Origin: Bacillota bacterium
GTDB lineage: Bacteria; Bacillota; Sulfobacillia; Fermentithermobacillales; Fermentithermobacillaceae
Direction: 5' to 3'
Length of the DNA: 64,000 bases
Assembly (NCBI GenBank): GCA_050952125.1
Contig: JBMNKK010000004.1
Span: 267,671 to 331,670, forward strand
Of this stretch, positions 40,671 to 49,813 are shown piece by piece (the stretch's first letter is position 1; every line of letters begins with the position of its first letter). A program made the position numbers and the translations under genes. The notes beneath the pieces were generated by a model, which had not been told where the DNA came from, did not search any database, and worked only from the letters and a program-made list of their open reading frames with translations.

Positions 40671-41087
40671 CTATTGCACCTCAGTGTCTCTGGCGGGAAT
40701 CCCCGCCTCGACCATTACGCTGTCAGCCACATAGATGGGGGCTGACGCCCTGAGAGCCACCGCTATGGCATCTGATGGGCGGCAGTCGAGCTCAATCTGC
40801 TTGCCCCCTTGTTCGAGAACAAGCGAGGCATAGAACACCTCATCCTTAAGCTCGGTGAGTATTGTCATGACAACACTGGCGTTCAGTTTTTCCACACAGG
40901 ATACCAGAAGATCGGCCGTCACCGGACGCGGCGGCGTCAGGTCCTGGAGCGGAAAGGCGATGACTGAGGCCTCATGAGTCCTCACCCATATCGGGAGAAT
41001 TGTGGACTTGGGGAGGTCTGCCAGGAGCAAGACCGCGTGGTCGCTTTCATTGTCCAGTCCGACGCGCTCCACGGTGACTTGAATCAA
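40671..41087 (-). CDS. Bifunctional nuclease-family protein (BFN/DUF151 domain)
   Basis: 138 aa. ..HAVLLLADLPKSTILPIWVRTHEASVIAF..PPRPVTADLL.. matches the DUF151 consensus (VVLLKE..LPIWIG..EA.AI...PRPLTHDL) from memory. Confidence 0.6.
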   Translation of the reverse strand: MIQVTVERVGLDNESDHAVLLLADLPKSTILPIWVRTHEASVIAFPLQDLTPPRPVTADLLVSCVEKLNASVVMTILTELKDEVFYASLVLEQGGKQIELDCRPSDAIAVALRASAPIYVADSVMVEAGIPARDTEVQ

Positions 41088-41099
41088 CGCGATCCCTCC

Positions 41100-42479
41100 T
41101 CAATCCCATTCTATGGCTCCGACCACTGAGTAACTACCCAATACATTCTCAATCGCCCGCTTAATGCTCTTCAATCCTTCGTCAGTACGCGATTCCGCCC
41201 GTAGCACCAATGCGGGTTGAGTGTTTGACGCCCGGAGGAGTCCCCATCCGTCCGGAAACAGAACTCTGGCGCCGTCGACCGTGATGACCTCATTGGTGCC
41301 TTGAAACACCTTCGTAAACTCCTCAACAATCCTGAACTTCTCCTCGTCCGGACAGTGAACCCTGATCTCGGGAGTCGACTTGTAGGCGGGAGCGTCTTCC
41401 AACATACGCGCCAGATCGTCATCCGAGTTTGTCAGTATGCGAAGGAGCCTGGCAGCAGCGTAAAGCGCGTCATCATAGCCATAGTGCTCGTCTCTGAAAA
41501 ACATGTGGCCGGACATCTCGCCGGTAAAGAGAGCCCCGGTCTCCTTCATCCGCGCCTTTATGAGAGAATGTCCGGTCCTGGTGAACTCCGGCTTTCCTCC
41601 CATGGCGCGCACGGCGTCCACAAGACTCTGTGAGCATTTCACCTCGATGAGTGCCAGAGCACCGGGATTCCTTTTCAGTATCTCCTGCCAAAACACGATC
41701 TGGAGCCGGTCGCCCCAGACCGGATTTCCATCTTTGCCGACAACGCCAATCCGGTCGGCATCTCCGTCGAAAGCTATGCCGACATCGGCGTCAGTTTCCT
41801 TCATCTTAGCTGCTAAAGCCCGTATGTTGTCCTTCTGCGTCGGATCGGGGTGGTGATTCGGAAAAGTGCCGTCAGGCTCGAAAAACATTTCTATGAAATC
41901 GGCACCGAGCCTTTGGAGCACCCTGCGGGCTACGGGCCCGGCAGCTCCGTTTCCGGCATCAACAACGGCGCGTATTTTGCGAGGGCCGAGCTTGATCCTC
42001 TTCGCGAAGTCATCTACGTAAGCATCAACGGGGTCGTCTACGGTGACCTTGCCGCTTCCCCATACGAACTCACCCGACTCAGCTATGCGGCGTATCTCTT
42101 GAATCCCTTCTCCGTACAGAGTGTCAGGCCCGTAGGCCAGTTTGAAACCGTTGAACTCAGGAGGATTATGGCTGCCGGTAACCATGACTCCGCCCTCAAC
42201 AGCGTAGTGGATGCGCGAAAAATACAGGACCGGCGTGGTGACCATTCCTACATCGACTACGTCGACTCCCGTCTCGAGGAGGGCGTCGATGAAAGCCTGG
42301 GAGTAAGCGTACGAGGACAGACGGCAATCGCGCCCCACAACGGCCCTGCTCAAGTTGTTTCTCTTAAGAAAAGTACCGTAGGCAAGTCCAAGAGTCCTAA
42401 CGGTGCCGAGAGTTAGGTCCTCGCCTACAAGGCCGCGCACGTCGTACTCACGGAATATCCTGGGGTTTATGTTGGCCAC
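41100..42479 (-). CDS. Phosphomannomutase/phosphoglucomutase (alpha-D-phosphohexomutase family)
   Basis: 459 aa with the active-site Ser loop TGSHNPPEFNG, the metal-binding DGDADR motif and a sugar-binding loop. The TGSHNP form favours PMM/PGM rather than GlmM. Confidence 0.8.
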   Translation of the reverse strand: MANINPRIFREYDVRGLVGEDLTLGTVRTLGLAYGTFLKRNNLSRAVVGRDCRLSSYAYSQAFIDALLETGVDVVDVGMVTTPVLYFSRIHYAVEGGVMVTGSHNPPEFNGFKLAYGPDTLYGEGIQEIRRIAESGEFVWGSGKVTVDDPVDAYVDDFAKRIKLGPRKIRAVVDAGNGAAGPVARRVLQRLGADFIEMFFEPDGTFPNHHPDPTQKDNIRALAAKMKETDADVGIAFDGDADRIGVVGKDGNPVWGDRLQIVFWQEILKRNPGALALIEVKCSQSLVDAVRAMGGKPEFTRTGHSLIKARMKETGALFTGEMSGHMFFRDEHYGYDDALYAAARLLRILTNSDDDLARMLEDAPAYKSTPEIRVHCPDEEKFRIVEEFTKVFQGTNEVITVDGARVLFPDGWGLLRASNTQPALVLRAESRTDEGLKSIKRAIENVLGSYSVVGAIEWD

Positions 42480-42595
42480 CGTCTCATCCCTCCCTGCAAC
42501 CTTACATTCTACCCAGGGAGATCATTTCCTTTACGAGACTACCGTTCCTACAGCATGGGCACAATTATGGGCGGAACGCAAAGGGGGTGAGGCGC

Positions 42596-42853
42596 ATGAC
42601 TGACGTCAAGTGCAAAGTGCAATCCTGCCACTACTGGGGACACGGGGACGTATGTGAGGCCAACAGCATCATGGTCGACAACAACAAGAGGCTATCTTCG
42701 TTCGGAAAGATGGAGACGGGCTCCCTGGATATTACCGACAACACCGGAAGATCATCGTCAAACTCAGGCGAAACCGGGGGGAACCATGCTCACCGGTCAG
42801 AAGAGACCCTGTGCAAGACCTTCCGCCCCAAAGATACGAAGACCGGCGGCTAA
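42596..42853 (+). CDS. DUF1540-like small Cys-rich protein
   Basis: The start is re-assigned to the ATG with an AGGGGGTGAGG RBS, giving MTDVKCKVQSCHYWGHGDVCEANSIMVDNNKRLSSFGKMETGS... The VKCxVxxCxYW..C.A..I pattern is recalled as the DUF1540 signature, followed by a low-complexity S/G/T-rich tail. Confidence 0.5.
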   Translation: MTDVKCKVQSCHYWGHGDVCEANSIMVDNNKRLSSFGKMETGSLDITDNTGRSSSNSGETGGNHAHRSEETLCKTFRPKDTKTGG

Positions 42854-43047
42854 ACGTGTCTGGGAACAAGATCGCTGATTGAGGGGCGTTTTGGAGCGCC
42901 CCTCTTCCCTCTTTGATGCCGTGAGCTGACCGTGCACCCCGAGGAACCGGATAACCCCATATTGTGCTGAGCAGCCCTACTCCTCACGCTCGCCCCAGTG
43001 TGTATATGTTTTCTGACAACGGTATATATAAGCAGGATTCCGGCTCT

Positions 43048-43851
43048 ATGCAGCGAATTCAATATCTTCGAAAGGGGGTGAAAGCATTGTTTACAGACGG
43101 ACGAGCGTTTGATTTTCTCACTCTCCTCGTTGCAACGGGCCTCATGGGAATCTTCATGTACTTGGCCAGGACGGGCCTGAAAGTCAAAATCCGGCCCATA
43201 GCCGGGTTCGCAGCCATCGACGAAGCGGTAGGGCGAGCAGCTGAAATGGGCAAGCCAGTCCACTTCACGCCCGGTTTCGGCGGGTTGGTCGCGGCAACCT
43301 TCGCAGGACTCGAGGTATTGGGCTACGTCGCGAGACTGGCGGCCCAATATGATGTCCGGTTGGTCGTCACGGTATCCCAGGCAGAGACTTTCGCAGTCAC
43401 CGAGCAGGTAATGAGGCAGGCCTACCTTGAGGCGGGTAAACCCGACTCGTTCAAACCCGAGGATTGCCGCTTCATCTCCACCGACCAGTGGGCCTACGCC
43501 AGCGGCGTCATCGGCGTGCTCTACAGGGAGAAGGTAGCCTCCAACATCATGATCGGGCAGTTCGCGGCCGAAGCCCTCATCCTCGCTGAGGCGGGCAACA
43601 CCGTCGGCGCCATTCAGATCGCCGGTACCACCAACGCCTATCAGATCCCGTTCTTCGTTGTAGCCTGCGACTACGTCATCCTCGGAGACGAGATGTTCGC
43701 TGCAGGAGCCCACTTCACCAACAACAAGACACACTTGGGCAGCCTCCGCGGAGAAGACCTGGTCAAGGCCATCTGCCTCGCCATCATGGTCATCGGGGCA
43801 CTTGTTACAACGGCAGGTTCTGACGCGTTCAAAACTCTGATGAGCAAGTAA
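43048..43851 (+). CDS. Bitopic membrane protein with ~200-aa extracytoplasmic domain (module A1), function unknown
   Basis: Track ORF 42964..43851; the likely start is the ATG at 43048 (MQRIQYLRKG..) or the downstream TTG. It has an N-terminal TM (FLTLLVATGLMGIFMYLA), a soluble middle region and a C-terminal TM (LVKAICLAIMVIGALVTTAG). The stop is coupled (5 nt) to the next gene. Confidence 0.55.
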   Translation: MQRIQYLRKGVKALFTDGRAFDFLTLLVATGLMGIFMYLARTGLKVKIRPIAGFAAIDEAVGRAAEMGKPVHFTPGFGGLVAATFAGLEVLGYVARLAAQYDVRLVVTVSQAETFAVTEQVMRQAYLEAGKPDSFKPEDCRFISTDQWAYASGVIGVLYREKVASNIMIGQFAAEALILAEAGNTVGAIQIAGTTNAYQIPFFVVACDYVILGDEMFAAGAHFTNNKTHLGSLRGEDLVKAICLAIMVIGALVTTAGSDAFKTLMSK

Positions 43852-43855
43852 GGAG

Positions 43856-44485
43856 GTGAAGAGCATGTTCTTGAAAAGGACAGCCCCCGCTATCATCGCG
43901 TGCGTATGCGGCGTATCCGTCGTTATCGCATATTTCTTCAAGATCGCTCCGGTGCAGACATTTGCAACACATGTCCTTAAGTGGCAGTCGGTCATCGCAG
44001 TTTTTGCACTGGGGCTCGGCGGAGTCAACATTGTGAGACTCCACGGCAAGAACGTCCAGAGGGATCCCTCGAACTTCTACAGCATAGCGCTGCTTCTTAC
44101 CTTCGGCATAACGATCATCGTCGGACTGGCCTTAGGTCAGACCTCCGGTGCATACACATTCATATTCGACTACATTAACGTACCCACGGGCAGCGCGATT
44201 TTCTCGCTTCTGGCGTTCTACATCGGAACTGCAGCCTACAGGGCGTTCAGGGCTAAGAACGCCGAAGCAGCCATCCTGCTGCTCACAGGCTGCATCGTTA
44301 TGCTTGGGCGAGTGCCGATAGGCGCCAAGATATTGCCCTTCACCGCGCCGGCCACGGACTGGATCATGTCAGTCCTTAACGTGGGCGGACAGAGAGGAGT
44401 CATGATTGCCGGCGCAATCGGCTTCATCGCAGTGTCACTCAGGATCATAGTAGGACTCGAGCGCCGCGCCTACGGCGGCGAATAA
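43856..44485 (+). CDS. Polytopic membrane protein (~5-6 TM, module A2), function unknown
   Basis: 209 aa with hydrophobic segments throughout and no recognised transporter motifs. It is translationally coupled to its neighbours. Confidence 0.6.
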   Translation: MKSMFLKRTAPAIIACVCGVSVVIAYFFKIAPVQTFATHVLKWQSVIAVFALGLGGVNIVRLHGKNVQRDPSNFYSIALLLTFGITIIVGLALGQTSGAYTFIFDYINVPTGSAIFSLLAFYIGTAAYRAFRAKNAEAAILLLTGCIVMLGRVPIGAKILPFTAPATDWIMSVLNVGGQRGVMIAGAIGFIAVSLRIIVGLERRAYGGE

Positions 44486-44497
44486 GGGGGGAGATAG

Positions 44498-45343
44498 ATG
44501 AACGTTTTTGAGACTCTGCAGAACATCGACAAACGTGTGTTCTATCTCCTCATGGCTCTAGCCATCGCGGTCCCCACGATAAGCCCGATTGGACTCGCGG
44601 TAGATGTTACTCCCGCCGTACAGAAGGCCTTCGACTTCGTCGCGAGCCTTCCCAACGGGTCACGTGCGGTTATCGGGTTCGACTACGAGCCGGGCGACGA
44701 GATAGACCTGAACCCTCAGGCCAAGGCAATTCTCCATCAATTGGCCTCGAAGAATGTAAAGGTTGTGGCGATAGCATCCTTCCCTGCAGGCGCGATGTTC
44801 GCCGAGCAGTGCTTGGAGATCCTCGCCGAGTACGGCTATGAATACGGCAAGGACTACGTGAACTTGGGTCACTATGCAGGAGCCGAGGCGACGCTGGCTG
44901 CTTTCGCCAACAGCCCGAGCGCCATCTACTCCAAGGACTGGAGGGGCAACGACCTCAGCTCTCTGCCTCTCATGCAAGAGGTCAAGAGTATGAAGGACTT
45001 TTCCATGGCCATGACGCTGAACGACGGTCCTACCGGGGGGACGGGCACACACGCGTGGGTTAACCAGGCAGTAATGGCTCACGGTGTACCGCTGATTATG
45101 GGTGTAACCGGAGTCTTGGCGGCCTCAAACGAAACCTACGTGCAGTCCGGCCAGTGCAAAGGGATCCTGGCGGGACTTCGGGCCGCAGCCGAATACGAGA
45201 AACTCGTGGACAAGAAGGGTGATGGAACCGTCGGTATGGACGCACAGTCCATGGCCCACCTTCTTATCGTCATCTTCGTGGTTATGGGAAACGCGGCCAT
45301 GTTCCTCGCCAAGAACACCTCCAAGGGGGGTGCAGCTAGATGA
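44498..45343 (+). CDS. Bitopic membrane protein with ~200-aa extracytoplasmic domain (module B1; same architecture as 43048..43851)
   Basis: 281 aa with an N-terminal TM (VFYLLMALAIAVPTISPIGLAV), a soluble domain and a C-terminal TM (MAHLLIVIFVVMGNAAMFLA). The architecture duplicates module A1. Confidence 0.6.
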   Translation: MNVFETLQNIDKRVFYLLMALAIAVPTISPIGLAVDVTPAVQKAFDFVASLPNGSRAVIGFDYEPGDEIDLNPQAKAILHQLASKNVKVVAIASFPAGAMFAEQCLEILAEYGYEYGKDYVNLGHYAGAEATLAAFANSPSAIYSKDWRGNDLSSLPLMQEVKSMKDFSMAMTLNDGPTGGTGTHAWVNQAVMAHGVPLIMGVTGVLAASNETYVQSGQCKGILAGLRAAAEYEKLVDKKGDGTVGMDAQSMAHLLIVIFVVMGNAAMFLAKNTSKGGAAR

Positions 45344-45936
45344 AGATCTCCGGAGATATCGGGGTCTGGGTTGGAGCCATTGCCGCGCTGGCGATCTACT
45401 CCGTGCTGGTAAAGGACAACCCCTTCTACCGCCTGGTGGAGCACATCTTTGTCGGGGCCTCGGCAGGTATAGCGATAGTGACAGGGGTCCAGACATTCAA
45501 GAGCACCGCATGGGCTCCGATGGTTGAGGGCCAGGCCATTCTGATTGTCCCCATGCTCCTCGGCCTGCTCCTGTACGCGAGATATATACCTTCGATATCG
45601 CACTTGAACCGCATCCCGCTGTCGCTACTGATGGGGGCTGGCGCAGGCGTCGCCATGCGCGGAGCAGTCGAGAGCCAGATAGTAGGACAGCTACAGGCTA
45701 CGATGATCAAGCTCAACTCGTTTGACGCGCTGGTCATTTTCCTAGGTTCGCTCTTTTCACTGAGCTACTTCTTCCTAACGTACAAGCTTGACGGCGCTGC
45801 AGGATGGGCACCCAAACTGGGACGCTACTTCATGATGGCGGCGTTCGGCGCTGCTTTCGGAAACACTGTTATGGGAAGGGTATCGGCCGCCATCGGCCGC
45901 TTCCAGTTCATATTCCTGGAGTGGCTGGGCCTATAG
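45340..45936 (+). CDS. Polytopic membrane protein (~5-6 TM, module B2; same architecture as 43856..44485)
   Basis: 198 aa with an ATGA start/stop overlap with the preceding gene. Its size and TM layout are similar to module A2. Confidence 0.6.
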   Translation: MKISGDIGVWVGAIAALAIYSVLVKDNPFYRLVEHIFVGASAGIAIVTGVQTFKSTAWAPMVEGQAILIVPMLLGLLLYARYIPSISHLNRIPLSLLMGAGAGVAMRGAVESQIVGQLQATMIKLNSFDALVIFLGSLFSLSYFFLTYKLDGAAGWAPKLGRYFMMAAFGAAFGNTVMGRVSAAIGRFQFIFLEWLGL

Positions 45937-45997
45937 CCAACCTGTAAGCCAAGGCGAGACATGAAAGGGACCCTAACCGGGTCCCTTTCGATTCTCG

Positions 45998-46762
45998 CTA
46001 GACGTTCATTTCGTATATTATCCGCAACCCGTCGAGGACCAGGAAAGGATCGACCGTGTCGATGGTCTCGGACTCAGCCGCTATCATCTTCGCCAGATCT
46101 CCGGTAGCGATCACGTGGGGCTTCCCCCCGATTTCTTTGGCGGCGCGGCGTACGAGGCTGTCGACCATTCCCGCGAACCCGTAAACCATCCCCGATTGCA
46201 TGCTCTGGATGCTTGACCTGCCGATCGTCCTGCGGGGTTTGGAAAGCTCGATCCGGGGCAACTTCGCCGCCTTCATGAAGAGAGCGTCAAGTGAAGTGAG
46301 AATACCCGGCGCGACTATCCCGCCCAGGTACTCGCCTTTATTCGAAATGGCGTCGAGGGTGGTGGCGGTGCCGAAGTCAATGACCACGGCAGGAGTCCCG
46401 TACTTGTGAATAGCCGCCACAGAGTGGGCGATGTGGTCAGGGCCGACCTCTTTCGGGTTCTCATAGTTTATGTTGACTCCGGTCTTGGTACCGGGGCCCA
46501 CCACAAGGGGCTTTGTCTTGAGATGCTTTGACACCGTCTTCTCGAGTATGGGCGTGAGAGGCGGCACAACAGACGCGATAACGGCCCCGTTTACGTCTTC
46601 AGGATTCATCCCCGAATTGCGGATAAGCGATAAGAACGCCATGCCGTACTCATCTTCGGTTCGGCCGCTGCCGGTCGATATTCGCCAGTGTTCGAGCATT
46701 CTCTCTTTTTCGTAGATGCCCGCAGCAATGTGCGTATTTCCTGCGTCGATGGCAAGAAGCAT
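45998..46762 (-). CDS. coaX: Type III pantothenate kinase
   Basis: 254 aa starting MLLAIDAGNTHIAAGIY.. with ..VIDFGTATTLDAIS... It is an ASKHA-fold Bvg-accessory-factor family protein. Confidence 0.9.
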   Translation of the reverse strand: MLLAIDAGNTHIAAGIYEKERMLEHWRISTGSGRTEDEYGMAFLSLIRNSGMNPEDVNGAVIASVVPPLTPILEKTVSKHLKTKPLVVGPGTKTGVNINYENPKEVGPDHIAHSVAAIHKYGTPAVVIDFGTATTLDAISNKGEYLGGIVAPGILTSLDALFMKAAKLPRIELSKPRRTIGRSSIQSMQSGMVYGFAGMVDSLVRRAAKEIGGKPHVIATGDLAKMIAAESETIDTVDPFLVLDGLRIIYEMNV

Positions 46763-46790
46763 GCGTCCACCTCCTCACCGCGTCGTGTGA

Positions 46791-47534
46791 CTAGTCGATA
46801 TGCCTGCTAACCGCCCGGTACACGAGACCTGTAAGGATCATGGCCATTACCGCTTCGGGGATGCCATTCACCACAGCTATACCCCAGGCCACCTCTGCCG
46901 GTAGAAAACCGAAAGCCGCGATAAGCCCCAAAACAAGCACTGTGTTGGTTAGGCTTCCGGCCGCCGCGGCCAACGCAGGCCCATGCCCGGAGCGCTTCTG
47001 GATGACGTATATGAGAGCGGCTGCGAGGCCTCCGGCTGCTATCGCCAGAGCATAGCGCAGGAGTGGGGCCAGGCTTTCAAGGAAAGTAAACCCGGTGACC
47101 CCGAGAAGGAGCCCGGAAGCCGCCACCAATGCCACTTGCCCGGATCTCCCCCGGACTAGGCGGAAGACGTAGTAGGCAACAACACCTACCAAGATTCGAG
47201 GAACGACCGCTATCAATGGATTGGAGAAAATGAGCTTATCCATTGGGTTCACCGACGTCTGTGCCTGCCACATGCTGAATGCACCGAACATGGCTCCCAC
47301 CGCCCCGCCTATGACCGGCCCTTGCAGAACACCTGCGATTATCGTGGGGATGTGCATAATGGTGATGGATACCGGGGGGATCTGGATGAACCCGATAGGT
47401 GTGGAACCGAGGACAATCGTGATGGCTCCGAGAACTCCCGCAAAAGCGATCTGACGCGCTGAAAACCTAGTGTTTTGGCGCAAAGTCGCGCACCTCCGTT
47501 CCGGCTCCTCTCTCAAGGATGCCGTTCGTGTCAC
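46791..47534 (-). CDS. ECF-type transporter S component (substrate-specific), possibly pantothenate (PanT-like) given coaX adjacency
   Basis: About 6 TM segments with the small Gly/Ala-rich helices typical of ECF S-components. The real start is probably downstream of the track start, because the N-terminal 35 aa are non-hydrophobic and Arg-rich. It lies 29 nt upstream of, and co-directional with, coaX. Confidence 0.5.
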   Translation of the reverse strand: MTRTASLREEPERRCATLRQNTRFSARQIAFAGVLGAITIVLGSTPIGFIQIPPVSITIMHIPTIIAGVLQGPVIGGAVGAMFGAFSMWQAQTSVNPMDKLIFSNPLIAVVPRILVGVVAYYVFRLVRGRSGQVALVAASGLLLGVTGFTFLESLAPLLRYALAIAAGGLAAALIYVIQKRSGHGPALAAAAGSLTNTVLVLGLIAAFGFLPAEVAWGIAVVNGIPEAVMAMILTGLVYRAVSRHID

Positions 47535-47716
47535 GCTCCGGATCGGCGCCTCATCTCGCGGCAGTTCTCTCTACCTAGGTCTGGCGGACTCTGTTAGTCC
47601 TGCCAGCCCGGGACACGAGCAAACGCGAAGCCAATGAGGCACCTTACTCCAACATGGTATACCGCAGAAGGCGAGATGTGATCAAGATTCGGCGACATGA
47701 TACGCGCGAAAGAAAT

Positions 47717-47745
47717 CGCCGGAGAGGATTGCTGCCTCTCCGGCG
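47717..47745 (-). terminator. Terminator of fhs (CGCCGGAGAGG-attgctg-CCTCTCCGGCG)
   Basis: An 11-bp perfect stem lies 35 nt after the fhs stop and is followed on the minus strand by ATTTCTTTCG. Confidence 0.65.
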
Positions 47746-47778
47746 GCGATTCACAATCTCACCTTACAGGAAAGATTC

Positions 47779-49479
47779 CTAGAACAGCCCGATGACTTTG
47801 CCGGTCTCGTCCAGATCCATGTGGGCTCCTGCCGGATCGGTGGGAAGGCCTGGCATCGTCCTCATCTCACCAAGCAGCGGGTACAAGAACCCGGCGCCCA
47901 TAGACGCCCTCACTTCGCGGACATTGACCGTAAACCCGCGCGGCCTGCCCTTAAGGTTGGGATCGGCAGACAGCGACAGGTGGGTCTTCGCCATGCAGAT
48001 AGGCAGTTTGTCAAAGCCGAGCTTGGTGTAGCGCCTTATCTGCCTGTTGGCAAGCGGAGTGTAGGTCACGCCGTCGGCTCCGTAGATCTTGGTGGCAATG
48101 GTCTCGATCTTCTCCTTGATGGGAGTATCGAGCGAGTACAGGTAATGGAAGTTGGAGGGCTCTTTCTCGCAGACCTCGATTAGCGCCTTGGCGAGATCGA
48201 TACCGCCGGCTCCGCCTTCAGCCCAAACCTTGGACGTGACCGCGGCGGACGCGCCTGCCTTCATAGCCCTATCGAGCACATACTGGACTTCCCTGTCGGT
48301 GTCGGTCGGGAAGTGGTTCAGCGCGACGATGACGGGCACGCCGTGCATCGCCACGTTCTCGATCTGCTTGTCGAGGTTCTCGCAGCCCTTGTCGAGGGCT
48401 TCCATGTTCTCCCTAGACAGAAGCTCTTTGTCGAGCGGCTTACCGGGGACAACGCGGAGAGCGCCGCCGTGCATCTTCAGTGCGCGAACCGTCGCTACCA
48501 AAACAGCCGCGTCGGGTTTGAGGCCGCTGTAGCGGGTCTTGATGTTGAGGAACTTCTCTGCACCGATGTCAGCGCCGAATCCGGCCTCGGTAAGGGTGTA
48601 CTCCGCCAATCTCGTAGCCATCATATCGGCCAAGACCGAGGAGTTGCCGTGCGCGATATTGGCGAACGGGCCGGCGTGGACGAACACAGGAGTGTTCTCC
48701 AAGGTCTGAATGATGTTCGGCTTAATAGCATCTTTCAAGAGCACAGTCATGGCTCCGGCGCACTTCAGGTCGCCGGCAGTGACAGCCTTGCCGTCGTAGG
48801 TGTATCCCACGACGATACGCTCGAGCCTCTCGCGGAGATCTTTCAGGCCGGTCGTGAGCGCCAAGACAGCCATAACCTCGGAAGCAACCGCGATATCGAA
48901 TCCGGTCTCACGAGGGATACCGTTCTCAGACCCTCCGAGGCCGATGACTACCCTGCGGAGAGCGCGGTCTGAAACGTCCACGACTCTCGGCCAGGTTATC
49001 GTAAGCGGGTCAATGTTCAAGGGGTTATTGTGAAGCAGGCTGGCGTCCAGGAAAGCTGCAAGAAGGTTGTGAGCAAGAGCCACCGCGTGGGTATCGCCCG
49101 TAAAGTGGAGGTTAAAGTCCTCCATGGGTATGCACTGTGCGTACCCGCCTCCTGCCGCGCCACCCTTGATTCCGAAGACCGGACCCAAAGAAGGCTGCCT
49201 GATGGTGTTGATCACGCTCTTACCCAACCTGCCCATGGCCTGTCCCAGGCCGATGCAGGTCGTAGTCTTTCCCTCGCCCAAGGGGGTGGGGGTAATGGCG
49301 GTCACTACGACATACTTGCCTTGCGGGCGGTCCTTTATGTAGTCCAGAAGGTCCAGCGAAATCTTTGCTTTGTACTTGCCGTAGTTCTCAACCATATCAG
49401 CCGGGATGCCGAGCTTGTCAGTAATCTGGTTGATTGGAAGCATCGTCGCTTCCTGCGCGATTTCGATATCGGACTTCAA
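47779..49479 (-). CDS. fhs: Formate--tetrahydrofolate ligase
   Basis: 566 aa starting MKSDIEIAQEATMLPINQI.. with the ATP-binding loop PTPLGEGKTTT. The full FTHFS fold is present. Confidence 0.9.
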   Translation of the reverse strand: MKSDIEIAQEATMLPINQITDKLGIPADMVENYGKYKAKISLDLLDYIKDRPQGKYVVVTAITPTPLGEGKTTTCIGLGQAMGRLGKSVINTIRQPSLGPVFGIKGGAAGGGYAQCIPMEDFNLHFTGDTHAVALAHNLLAAFLDASLLHNNPLNIDPLTITWPRVVDVSDRALRRVVIGLGGSENGIPRETGFDIAVASEVMAVLALTTGLKDLRERLERIVVGYTYDGKAVTAGDLKCAGAMTVLLKDAIKPNIIQTLENTPVFVHAGPFANIAHGNSSVLADMMATRLAEYTLTEAGFGADIGAEKFLNIKTRYSGLKPDAAVLVATVRALKMHGGALRVVPGKPLDKELLSRENMEALDKGCENLDKQIENVAMHGVPVIVALNHFPTDTDREVQYVLDRAMKAGASAAVTSKVWAEGGAGGIDLAKALIEVCEKEPSNFHYLYSLDTPIKEKIETIATKIYGADGVTYTPLANRQIRRYTKLGFDKLPICMAKTHLSLSADPNLKGRPRGFTVNVREVRASMGAGFLYPLLGEMRTMPGLPTDPAGAHMDLDETGKVIGLF

Positions 49480-49567
49480 CAGAGACTCCCCTTTCGCTGA
49501 AAATTACTAACGGTAGGGCACACATGAGAAGGATACCACAATTGTGTGCTATTTCACGAGTCTCCCA

Positions 49568-49813
49568 TTAACCTGCCTTGCAGGACTGCCAAATAAGTCC
49601 GGCAAGAATGCCGACAACGATGAAAATGATATCCATCTTGCCAAAAGGCTTCTTTTTCTCGACCTTCTTCTCCGGCTCAGCCGCTACGGGCTCCGCGCTC
49701 ATCTGAGCGCTGCGCCACTCCTCGTATTCCTTGAACGAAGGCTGAAAGGCCTTCTCAAGATCGGCTTCCCTAGGACGCCGCACACTTCTCTGGCTCACGA
49801 TTTCATCACCCAC
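49568..49813 (-). CDS. Small C-terminally membrane-anchored protein (81 aa), last gene of the hut-peptidase operon
   Basis: A charged N-terminal part precedes a single C-terminal TM (MDIIFIVVGILAGLIW). It overlaps the hutI stop by 19 nt. Confidence 0.4.
   Translation of the reverse strand: MGDEIVSQRSVRRPREADLEKAFQPSFKEYEEWRSAQMSAEPVAAEPEKKVEKKKPFGKMDIIFIVVGILAGLIWQSCKAG

Noticed and set aside
42850-44049. 399-aa minus-strand ORF antisense to the membrane-protein operon
   Set aside because: It overlaps three co-directional, translationally coupled plus-strand genes that have RBSs and hydrophobic TM periodicity. The antisense ORF has no RBS, and its composition is Gly/Ala/Arg-rich, typical of spurious frames in GC-rich DNA.
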